Shown here: positions 47,446-55,110 of the stretch, in pieces
How positions within the stretch are numbered: position 1 is the first letter of the stretch
Layout: each line of letters starts with the position of its first letter
Origin: Nitrospirota bacterium
GTDB taxonomy: Bacteria > Nitrospirota > Thermodesulfovibrionia > Thermodesulfovibrionales > JdFR-85
DNA length: 55,110 bases
Reading direction: 5' to 3'
Assembly (NCBI GenBank): GCA_015492515.1
Contig: WGEZ01000110.1
Location: 1 to 55,110, forward strand
Notes under the pieces: model-generated
The model's input: the letters and a program-made list of their open reading frames with translations, nothing else
Database searches by the model: none
What the model was told of the DNA's origin: nothing
Made by a program: the position numbers and the translations under genes

Positions 47446-49670
47446 GAGCGCTCTCCGTAGCTGAACCTCCTGAGCCTCCTCCTCCGGATGAGGCGGAGGG
47501 CTCCGAACCCGGCGGGCACCAGGACGGCGGCCGCCATGTTGCCGTACTTCACCATGGCCGCCTGCACCGGGCTCTGGAAGAGGAGCTTCCTCCTGACCCG
47601 CTGTTTTATCCGGAGCCCTGCGATCGAGTCCTCCTGTCCGAGCCAGGAGAGGGCCTCCAGGCCGAAGACGATGTTCTCAGGGGTGTTCCGGGTGAACCGG
47701 TCGAGGAGGAAGTCGGAGTCGCCGACGACGACGATCCTCGTCCCCCGCTGCCGGTCGCTGAGGCTCACGGCCATCACCTGCTCCCCGAGGGCCTCACCGG
47801 GAGGGGCCCCTCCCGGCGAGATGGAGAAGCTGCCCACCTGTCTGCCGCCGAACCCGCTCGTGGTGAGCAGGACCTCTGCATCGAGGCCTTTCTCCTTCAA
47901 CCTCTCCGTATCAAGGTCCACCGTGGCCGCCCAGGGCAGGAGGATGCTCCCGACCCTCCTGGCTATCGGTGAGGTGGAGTCCTCCACCCCGAAGACCCGC
48001 GCCCAGAACGGGTAGGGGAGCAGATAACTCACCACCCCTCCGCCGAACCTCACCGTCTCGTTGGCCCTCAGGTCGTAGACGATGTCTTCCTCCACGGTGA
48101 CGCCGTAGGGGTGGAGGAAGTCGGCGAAGCTCTCCCTGTTCGGGTAGGCCGTCAGCGTCCCCGGGCTCACCTTCACCGTATCTATCAGGAAGAGGGCCGA
48201 TCCGCCCCTGGAGAGGAAGTCCCTCACGGCGGAGCGGGCCTCTTCCCCTATCCTCTGCGTCGGACCGGCCACCACGACCACCCTCGTGCCTTCCGGCAGT
48301 GTGGAACCCTCTTCATCGAGGGAGACGGTCTCGACCTGGAACTGCTTGTCGAGCTCGCCGGAGAAGATGCGGTAGTCGCTGTAGAGGTTCTTCTCTCCAT
48401 GGCCGGCGAGGAAGGCTATCTTCGGCTTCTCCTTCACCGTGAGCTGCCTTATGAAACTCGTGAGCTGGTACTCGAGGTCCGAGGTGTCCTCGATGAAGGG
48501 GATGGCCTCGCTCTCACCGGCGTATGAGACGGCCAGGCCGAGGTAACCCGTCTTCACCTTGAACTCTCCCTCACCGATCACGTTGAACCGCACCTCGCTC
48601 ACACCCATCGCCGCCGCCTCGCCCGCCGCCCGGGGGTCCTTCCCGGGGTCCTTAACGCTCACCACCACGTTCCCCCTGCCCAGGGTCTCGTAGTCGCGGA
48701 GTGTATCCTTCACCTCCCTCAGCACGGGCTTGAGCTGTGCCGGTAGCCTGTCAGAGGCGAAGAGGGTGATGTTCACCACGTCATCCAGGCCGGAGAGGAC
48801 CCTCCTGGTGGCGTCGCCGAGGGTGTAGATGCGGTCCCGGGTAAGGTCCACCCTGCCGGGGATGCGTGCGCCCACCACGTTCGTCAGTACGGCTATCCCG
48901 ATGAAGAGCGCCACGCCGAGCCTGTAGCTCCTGTAGACGGAGCGTCGGTTTCCGAACCTTCGCCTCATCAGCTGCAGGTAGGCGAGACCGAGGAAGACCG
49001 CTGCAGCAGAGAGATAATACCAGAGGTCCCTCAGGTCCAGGACCCCTCTGGCGGTGGAGCTGAAATGGGACAGCAGGCTCAGCCGCTCGAAGAGGGAGGC
49101 GAGGGTCATGGGGAGGCTTGCAGTCACAAACTCGAAACCCATTATGACCAGGAAGAAGGCCAGGGCCACGCCGGTCATGAGGGAGGCTATCTGGCTCCTG
49201 AAGAGGCTCGAGACGAAGATACCGAGGGAGACGAGGACCGCCGCCATAAAGAGCCCTCCAAGGTACTGGCCGAGCACGACCCCCCAGTCAGGCTCTCCGA
49301 AGATCTCGAAGCTTGCAGCGAGGGGGAAGACGAAGAGGAGCGCGATCGCTGTAAAGATCATGGCGGCAAGGAACTTGCCGGCAAGGAGCTCGTGATCCCT
49401 GAGCGGATGGGTGAGGAGGAACTCGAGCGTGCCCTCACCCCTCTCCTGGGATATGCTGCCCATGGTGACGGCGGGGACGAGGAAGATGAGGAGCCAGGGG
49501 AGTATATCGAAGAGGATCCTCAGAGACGCCTCGCCGACGAGGAAGGCGCTCCTGAAGAAGAGGTATTCCCAGAGGAGGAGGAAGACCACCAGGACGATAT
49601 AGGCCGTGGGGCCGTCGAAGTAGCCCTTCAGCTCCTTCCTGGTTATCGAGATCACGTTCCTGAGGTTCAT
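47442..49670 (-). CDS. Fused ABC-2 permease (GldF-like) and GldG-like auxiliary component
   Basis: An N-terminal six-TM ABC-2 permease is followed by a large extracytoplasmic domain and a C-terminal TM helix. The gene overlaps the ATPase gene by 4 nt. Confidence 0.7.
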   Translation of the reverse strand: MNLRNVISITRKELKGYFDGPTAYIVLVVFLLLWEYLFFRSAFLVGEASLRILFDILPWLLIFLVPAVTMGSISQERGEGTLEFLLTHPLRDHELLAGKFLAAMIFTAIALLFVFPLAASFEIFGEPDWGVVLGQYLGGLFMAAVLVSLGIFVSSLFRSQIASLMTGVALAFFLVIMGFEFVTASLPMTLASLFERLSLLSHFSSTARGVLDLRDLWYYLSAAAVFLGLAYLQLMRRRFGNRRSVYRSYRLGVALFIGIAVLTNVVGARIPGRVDLTRDRIYTLGDATRRVLSGLDDVVNITLFASDRLPAQLKPVLREVKDTLRDYETLGRGNVVVSVKDPGKDPRAAGEAAAMGVSEVRFNVIGEGEFKVKTGYLGLAVSYAGESEAIPFIEDTSDLEYQLTSFIRQLTVKEKPKIAFLAGHGEKNLYSDYRIFSGELDKQFQVETVSLDEEGSTLPEGTRVVVVAGPTQRIGEEARSAVRDFLSRGGSALFLIDTVKVSPGTLTAYPNRESFADFLHPYGVTVEEDIVYDLRANETVRFGGGVVSYLLPYPFWARVFGVEDSTSPIARRVGSILLPWAATVDLDTERLKEKGLDAEVLLTTSGFGGRQVGSFSISPGGAPPGEALGEQVMAVSLSDRQRGTRIVVVGDSDFLLDRFTRNTPENIVFGLEALSWLGQEDSIAGLRIKQRVRRKLLFQSPVQAAMVKYGNMAAAVLVPAGFGALRLIRRRRLRRFSYGERS

Positions 49671-50590
49671 TCCTCGCTCGTAAGCCTGTGGAAGACGTCC
49701 TCCAGCGTATGCCCCTCCTCCGCGAGCCTCCAGACGGTCCAGCCCCTCTCCCTCACGAGCCTCGATATCTCGCGCTGCACCTCCACCTCCATCCCGACGG
49801 TCAGCCTCGCCCTCACCCTTCCGTCCCGCTCTTCCATCTCCACCTGCCTGACCCCCTGGAGGGTGTCCAGGGCCTGCGCCGCGCCGTCCCCTTCGAGCTC
49901 CACCACCACCGTCTGTTCACGCCGGGCGAGCCTGGAGAGCTCCTCGGGCGCGCCGTCGGCGACGAGCCTTCCCTTGTTCATGATGAATATCCTGGAGCAG
50001 ACGGCCTGGGCCTCCTGCATCACGTGGGTGCTGAGTATGACGGTGTGGTTCCTGGCGAGCTCCTTTATGAGGCCGCGTATCTCCGTCCTCTGGTTCGGAT
50101 CGAGACCCTCCGTCGGTTCGTCGAGGATGAGGATGTCAGGCCGGTGGAGGAGTGCAGCGGCAAGCCCCACCCTCTGCCTGTAGCCCTTGGAGAGCTCCCC
50201 TACGGGCCTGTAGAAGACATCCCCGATGGCCACCGATGAGACGGCGAAGTCGAGGGCCTCCCTCCTCTCTCCCTTCGGGATCTGCTTCAGGTCTGCGGCG
50301 AGGCCCAGGAACTCGCTGACCAGCATCTCCCTGTAGAGGGGGTTGTTCTCGGGAAGGTAGCCTATATGCCTCTGGGCCTCCGTCGGCTGACCGTCCATCG
50401 CAATACCGGCGATCTCCACGGTGCCGCGGTCGGGGCTGTAGTATCCGGTGAGCAGACGCATGATGGTCGTCTTCCCGGCACCGTTGGGACCGAGGAATCC
50501 CACGACCTCCCCCTTCCGGATGGTGAAGGAGACGCCGTCCACCGCCTTTAGCTGTCCGAAGGATTTGGTGAGGTCTTCGGCCCTTATCAT
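49667..50590 (-). CDS. ABC transporter ATP-binding protein (GldA-like)
   Basis: Walker A GPNGAGKTT, signature LSKGYRQR and Walker B ILILDEP are present. An alternative GTG start lies at 50611. Confidence 0.9.
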   Translation of the reverse strand: MIRAEDLTKSFGQLKAVDGVSFTIRKGEVVGFLGPNGAGKTTIMRLLTGYYSPDRGTVEIAGIAMDGQPTEAQRHIGYLPENNPLYREMLVSEFLGLAADLKQIPKGERREALDFAVSSVAIGDVFYRPVGELSKGYRQRVGLAAALLHRPDILILDEPTEGLDPNQRTEIRGLIKELARNHTVILSTHVMQEAQAVCSRIFIMNKGRLVADGAPEELSRLARREQTVVVELEGDGAAQALDTLQGVRQVEMEERDGRVRARLTVGMEVEVQREISRLVRERGWTVWRLAEEGHTLEDVFHRLTSEE

Positions 50591-50637
50591 CGTGATCTCG
50601 GACGATTTCACAATGACTCAAGCGCGATGCAGGAACT

Positions 50638-50666
50638 ATTTTAACGAAAACCGGCCGGGCTGTCAA
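50638..50666 (-). promoter_or_regulatory. Near-consensus sigma70 promoter: TTGACA-17-TAAAAT
   Basis: On the minus strand the -35 lies at 50661-50666 and the -10 at 50638-50643, upstream of the ABC operon. Confidence 0.6.
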
Positions 50667-50760
50667 GGCCTCGGCTTCCGCCTTCACCACCGCCTCTTCG
50701 TCAACCAGCCATGCGGCACACGCTCCTGTACAGGAGTGACAGGCCAGGCAGGGCACAGCC

Positions 50761-51990
50761 TCAGAATTCATACCTCAGCTGAATATAGAGGTTGTCGTCC
50801 TCATCGAGCTGTCCGAACCGGCTCCAGGCCTCCCCGCCTCCGAAGATGACCGCACCGGCGGCTGCCCATACACTGTCCGTAAAGCTGTATCTCACCTCAG
50901 GGTTTATCAGGTAATCGCCCTCCGAGGGGCTCCAGAAGGAGAAGAAGGAGAGCCTCAATGTCTGGTGCATGAGGAGCTGGGTGAGCCTCAGCGATACGAG
51001 CTGGCTCAGCCTCCTGTCCTTCGGCAGCCCGGCGGGGAGGTGCCCTTCATAGGCCCCGTAGCGGTGCATGTACTCTGCATAGTACTGGACGGCAGCGGTG
51101 AGGTCCTCCCGCAGCTGCCTCTGGTAGCCGACGAGGAACCTCGTCTGGGAGTTCGGCACCACCGGGTCGGAGCCGTCGCGGTCCTGCCTCGAGTCGTAGT
51201 AGCCTGCCTCAAGGCTCAGGATGCCGTCGAAGGCCCTTCCCTGAAGACTCACGCCGTAAACAGAGAGTTCAGGATAAAAGAGCGTCACCCCCGAGGGGCT
51301 GCGGGGCATCATCGAGGGCTGGCGGAAGAAACCCCTGTACAGATAGAGCGATGTGTCAAAGCCGGCCAGATCCCCGTAGACCCTGACGGCCAGTTCCGTA
51401 TTGTCAATGCTTGATGAGGGCTCTTCCTCCTCCCTCTCCGCAACCATGGGCATCGGATCATACAGCCAGAACCTCCTTGCATCGGGAAAGTTGCTGGGCT
51501 CGAAGAAGGGTATCACCACGACCTCCATGGAAACAGGCCCGGGATATATCCCCACCTTGAGGCCGTCGACACCCTTCTTCAGGTATTCGAGGGGTCTGCC
51601 GGAGAAGAAGGCCTCATAGTCCTTCGGGAATACGTCGTTGATGAAGAGGAGGTCTCCGAGGCCCCAGGTGATTACCTGTCTCCCTGCGCGGAGATCGAAG
51701 ACCTCCGCCGTGTAGTCGAGATAGAGCTCCCTGAACTCAGGGTCTGCCTCCTCCTGTATATGGTCGTAATAGAGGTCGGTCTTTGAAAAGAGCCTCAGTG
51801 CCTCTCCGCTCAGATCGAGCCTCAACTGCAGTCTCTCCTCCGCCCATTTGAGATCACCTCCGTCGGGATTGCTCCTTGTGACGGAGTAGGAGTAGTTGGC
51901 CTGCAGGAACCCGTTCAGGGAGAGATCCGCACCGTAGAGGGGTCCGGAGAGGAGGGAAAGGACCGCCATCAGCACCCAGGTCTTCTTCAT
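50761..51990 (-). CDS. Outer-membrane beta-barrel protein (porin-like, uncharacterised)
   Basis: A signal peptide (MKKTWVLMAVLSLLSGPLYG), alternating beta-strand pattern and C-terminal LRYEF (aromatic beta-signal) are present. Confidence 0.6.
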   Translation of the reverse strand: MKKTWVLMAVLSLLSGPLYGADLSLNGFLQANYSYSVTRSNPDGGDLKWAEERLQLRLDLSGEALRLFSKTDLYYDHIQEEADPEFRELYLDYTAEVFDLRAGRQVITWGLGDLLFINDVFPKDYEAFFSGRPLEYLKKGVDGLKVGIYPGPVSMEVVVIPFFEPSNFPDARRFWLYDPMPMVAEREEEEPSSSIDNTELAVRVYGDLAGFDTSLYLYRGFFRQPSMMPRSPSGVTLFYPELSVYGVSLQGRAFDGILSLEAGYYDSRQDRDGSDPVVPNSQTRFLVGYQRQLREDLTAAVQYYAEYMHRYGAYEGHLPAGLPKDRRLSQLVSLRLTQLLMHQTLRLSFFSFWSPSEGDYLINPEVRYSFTDSVWAAAGAVIFGGGEAWSRFGQLDEDDNLYIQLRYEF

Positions 51991-52009
51991 CCCTTCCCCT
52001 GTCCGCCTG

Positions 52010-52798
52010 CTACCTTATCCACTTCTTCGGCGGCCTTCTGAGGAACCTCTCCGAGAAGAGGCTGTCCTTGATGCCGATGTCGTAGTCCACGGTCACAAAC
52101 CTCACCTCTGTCCTGTGTCCGCTCCGGACGTTCCGCATGGTCCTTTCCGTGACGGTGGGGAACCCCTCTATCTCCTTGACCTCATCCGCTGTGAAGACCC
52201 GGTGGAGCTGGCCCTTGAGGTCGTAGTACTCCTCCTTCAGGGGGAGGAAACTCCCCTTCTCGATCCAGGAGAGCCTGTAGAGGTAGTCCCCGTCCTCCCC
52301 CTTCGGGGTGCTCCTGATCACGAAGCAGTCCCTGCCGTCAAGGGGTTCTTCCCTGAGGAGTTCATGGTTGTCGTCCTCAATATCCCTTCCCGATATATCC
52401 TCGTAGGTGAAGTCCGAGCCCACGAAGCTCGACCTCTTGTCCCTTGCAGCGATCCTCCTGACCATATCTATGGCAGGCACGTAGAGCCATCTGTCGTCGT
52501 CCTTCTCGGGGTACTTGTACACCATGAAGGTCATCCCCTTGACGTCAGCGGGCCTGAAGAAGTAGATGAAGTACTTCTGCTCTCCACCGGGGGCGCCGTA
52601 GTTCTTCCTGAGCATCGTGAGCTCCCTTATCCTCTCTCGACCGCTCTTGTCTATCAGCTTCATCACCACCCTGGCCTTGAAGTCCCTGCCCGGGTACAGG
52701 AAGGCCGCCTGTGACCTCTTCATGATATCCTTCGCCGTGACGGCGGATGCCTGAAGAGGAAGAAGCATCACCAGTAAGACAACGGCAAACCTTGACAT
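52010..52798 (-). CDS. LolA-like outer membrane lipoprotein-sorting protein family
   Basis: A signal peptide is followed by DIMKRSQAA...RELTMLRKNYG...WLYVPAIDMVRRIA...FVGSDFTYEDI. The start is set at the ATG at 52798, after GAGGAGG. Confidence 0.65.
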   Translation of the reverse strand: MSRFAVVLLVMLLPLQASAVTAKDIMKRSQAAFLYPGRDFKARVVMKLIDKSGRERIRELTMLRKNYGAPGGEQKYFIYFFRPADVKGMTFMVYKYPEKDDDRWLYVPAIDMVRRIAARDKRSSFVGSDFTYEDISGRDIEDDNHELLREEPLDGRDCFVIRSTPKGEDGDYLYRLSWIEKGSFLPLKEEYYDLKGQLHRVFTADEVKEIEGFPTVTERTMRNVRSGHRTEVRFVTVDYDIGIKDSLFSERFLRRPPKKWIR

Positions 52799-52883
52799 CT
52801 TGACCTCCTCGATCTGCTTCCGTTGTAAGGGATTATAGACCATCCCGAAGGCCTCCGGCGGGACGGTGGTTACCGCCCTTCCG

Positions 52884-55110
52884 TCAACCCCTCCGCTCCG
52901 TCTTCAGCAACACCCCCCTGAAACCGCCGATCAGTGCAGGCAGAAAGACCAGGGTGGCGATGCCTGCAAAGAATGCGAGGGAGCCGAAGAAGAGGCCCAC
53001 CGTCACATAGGGGGTGAGGCTTGCGATCATCATCGGAGAGAAGCCGAGGGCCACGACCAGGGCGTTCCTGAATATCGCCAGCGCGGGCTCCCCTCCCATC
53101 GTCCAGTCCATCGCCTCCTGAAGCCCCCCCTTTTCCCTGAACTTATCCCTGAACCTGTGGAGGAAGTGTACTGCAAAATCGACCCCCAACCCCAGGGCGA
53201 GGGTCGAGCAGACCGCGATCGGCATGTCGTACTCCTTTCCTGCAAAGCCGATGAGCCCGTAGCTGAAGACGACGGAGAAGCCCAGGGGGAGCATACCCAC
53301 GAGCCCCCACCAGAAGGATCGGAACTGAATGATCAGCAGGATGAGTATGACCCACCATGAGCCCATGGTCGCCTCGAGCATCCCCACCACCATGAGCCTC
53401 TGCCACGTTATGTTCAGGTAGGGCAGCCCGGACCACCGGAGCTTCACGCCCTCAGGCGGGGGATGCCCCTCTGTGTATCCCTGGAGATCCTTCACCACGG
53501 CGGACATGTCCTTGTTGTCGCCGGACCTGAGCTGGACCCATATGTTCGCCTTTCTGAAGGAGTAGTCGACGAAGTTGTCAAGCTCCTCAGGCGGGGAGGA
53601 CATCAGGAAGAGGAAGAGATACTGGCCGATCGTCTTCTTCTCCCCCGGGAGCGACTCATAGGCCTTCTCCTCGTCATGGAGCACGTAGTTTATCCTCTTC
53701 ACTATATCAGCCACGGATGTGGTCTTCCCGACAAGGGGGTTGGCCTCGAGGTGCCTCTGGAGCCCTTCCATGTAGCCCATCACCTCCGGGCTCTTTACCG
53801 CCTCCTCCGAACCGCCGTCCACGACGAGATAGGAGATGTAGGTGCCGCCGATGAGCCTGTTCAGCTCTGCATCGGCGACCCTGATGGGGTGGTCCTTCTT
53901 GAACCACTTCACGGGGTTGTCGTTGACAGTGAGTGTTGTGACACCGTATACAGCCACTGCAAGGAGGACTGCTCCGGCTGCAACAAGGCCCCTGCTCTTT
54001 CCGAGGGAGAACCTGCCGAGCCTGCCCAGGAGCGGGCTCCCTTCCGCTCCCTCCTGAATCGGCTTCCTCTCCCTCAGGAGGACGAGTGCGGCCGGGATGA
54101 ACGTCATGGACAGCAGCCATGCGACCATGACACCGGAGGCGACGAAGAGCCCGAAGACCCTCACCGGCGGGATGTCCGCCCAGGCGAGCATGGAGAAACC
54201 GACCGCCGTGGTCACGGATGTGAAGAACATGGGCTTCACCAGCCCGTCAAAGACCTGGAGGACGGCCTTCTTTCTGTCTCTGAGTTTCGGCAGCTTTTCA
54301 TAGAAGTCGCTCAGTATATGCACGCTGTCGCATATGGCGATGGGCATCAGGAAGACGGGGATCATGGATGACATTATATGCACCGTGAAGCCGAGCCCGA
54401 TCATCGCACCCATCGTCCATACCACGGAGAGCATGGCGAGGATCATGGGTGGGATGACGAGGGAGACCCTCCTGAAGATGATGAAGAGCACCAGCATCAA
54501 CACCCCGCCCGCCATCGGTGCGAAGAGAGCCATCTGGAGGAACATCTCGTAGCCGAAGGTGTCCTCGGCAAGGGGGAGCCCTGCCATGTAATACCTCTCC
54601 GGGCCTTCCTCCTTCTCGTAGAGGGCCCTGATCCGCCTGCCCACGTCGTGGGCTATCTCCTTGCTCTCTATCGGTACGTATATGGCGGCACCCCTGCCGT
54701 CTGAGGATACGAGCCTGTCCCTGAAGAGGGGGTTGTCGAGGACCTCTCTCTTGAGGGCCTCCATACCCTCCTCGGTCTCCGGCACCTCGACCATCGGCGG
54801 CCTTACATTCAGAACCCCTCCGCTCGCCACCACGTTGTTCGTCACCGTGAGGCTGACCACATCGTCGCTTATAACACCCTTTATCTTCAGGACCCCGTCG
54901 GTGATCCTCTTTATCCTCTCGAGGCTGTCCCTCTGGAATATCCCGTCATCCCTCACTATGCCCAATACGATGAGCTCCTCGATGCCGAACTCCTTCTTCA
55001 CCTCGTTGTGGAAGACCCTTATCGGCTCGTCCTCCCTGAGCATGTTTTCAGGGTCTGTGTCTATCTTTATCCTCGGAAACTGGATGCCGAACAAGAGGGT
55101 CAGGACCACC
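52884..55110 (-). CDS. RND/MMPL-superfamily exporter (HpnN-like); N-terminus lies off the right edge
   Basis: Two blocks of about six TM helices alternate with periplasmic loops. The frame stays open to the window edge. Confidence 0.8.
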   Translation of the reverse strand, partial: VVLTLLFGIQFPRIKIDTDPENMLREDEPIRVFHNEVKKEFGIEELIVLGIVRDDGIFQRDSLERIKRITDGVLKIKGVISDDVVSLTVTNNVVASGGVLNVRPPMVEVPETEEGMEALKREVLDNPLFRDRLVSSDGRGAAIYVPIESKEIAHDVGRRIRALYEKEEGPERYYMAGLPLAEDTFGYEMFLQMALFAPMAGGVLMLVLFIIFRRVSLVIPPMILAMLSVVWTMGAMIGLGFTVHIMSSMIPVFLMPIAICDSVHILSDFYEKLPKLRDRKKAVLQVFDGLVKPMFFTSVTTAVGFSMLAWADIPPVRVFGLFVASGVMVAWLLSMTFIPAALVLLRERKPIQEGAEGSPLLGRLGRFSLGKSRGLVAAGAVLLAVAVYGVTTLTVNDNPVKWFKKDHPIRVADAELNRLIGGTYISYLVVDGGSEEAVKSPEVMGYMEGLQRHLEANPLVGKTTSVADIVKRINYVLHDEEKAYESLPGEKKTIGQYLFLFLMSSPPEELDNFVDYSFRKANIWVQLRSGDNKDMSAVVKDLQGYTEGHPPPEGVKLRWSGLPYLNITWQRLMVVGMLEATMGSWWVILILLIIQFRSFWWGLVGMLPLGFSVVFSYGLIGFAGKEYDMPIAVCSTLALGLGVDFAVHFLHRFRDKFREKGGLQEAMDWTMGGEPALAIFRNALVVALGFSPMMIASLTPYVTVGLFFGSLAFFAGIATLVFLPALIGGFRGVLLKTERRG

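Overview
GC-rich bacterial chromosomal segment. Arg codons are mostly AGG/AGA and the proteins are rich in E, R, K and V, which suggests a thermophile. Bacterial identity rests on LexA, SecDF/YajC, LspA and the rpsF-ssb-rpsR arrangement. Most of the window is dense housekeeping: lexA-dinB, an NtrC-type regulator, dapL-like aminotransferase, folK, hisH, nhaA, pcm, recJ-secF-secD-yajC, ileS-lspA, zwf-gnd, serS, two tRNAs, and a large envelope-export cluster that runs off the right edge (ABC/GldG-like plus RND/MMPL, LolA-like and beta-barrel proteins). I noticed no rRNA genes or CRISPR arrays.

Observations beyond routine annotation:
1. A DsrE/TusD homolog has an in-frame TGA at the active-site Cys column, followed by a hairpin. 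It is a predicted selenoprotein that the ORF track splits. It sits in an arsR(two-Cys, SqrR/BigR-like)-dsrEFH-sqr operon with a palindromic operator.
2. A 999-bp cassette encodes an HUH/Y1 RAYT-like transposase between perfect 30-bp inverted repeats. Its outer end touches the ATG of a DUF763-like gene.
3. That gene is divergent from an archaeal-type Hel308 helicase.
4. A wHTH plus Hjc-like PD-(D/E)xK protein is translationally coupled to a 49-aa four-Cys peptide next to recJ.
5. A lexA-orf82-dinB cassette carries a perfect palindrome over the lexA -10 element.
6. At least five genes have a -10 hexamer 5-8 nt before the start codon and no Shine-Dalgarno, which suggests leaderless mRNAs.
7. The left edge is compositionally foreign and carries a frameshifted, chimeric type IIG methyltransferase relic.

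All family assignments come from reading motifs by eye. No searches were run.
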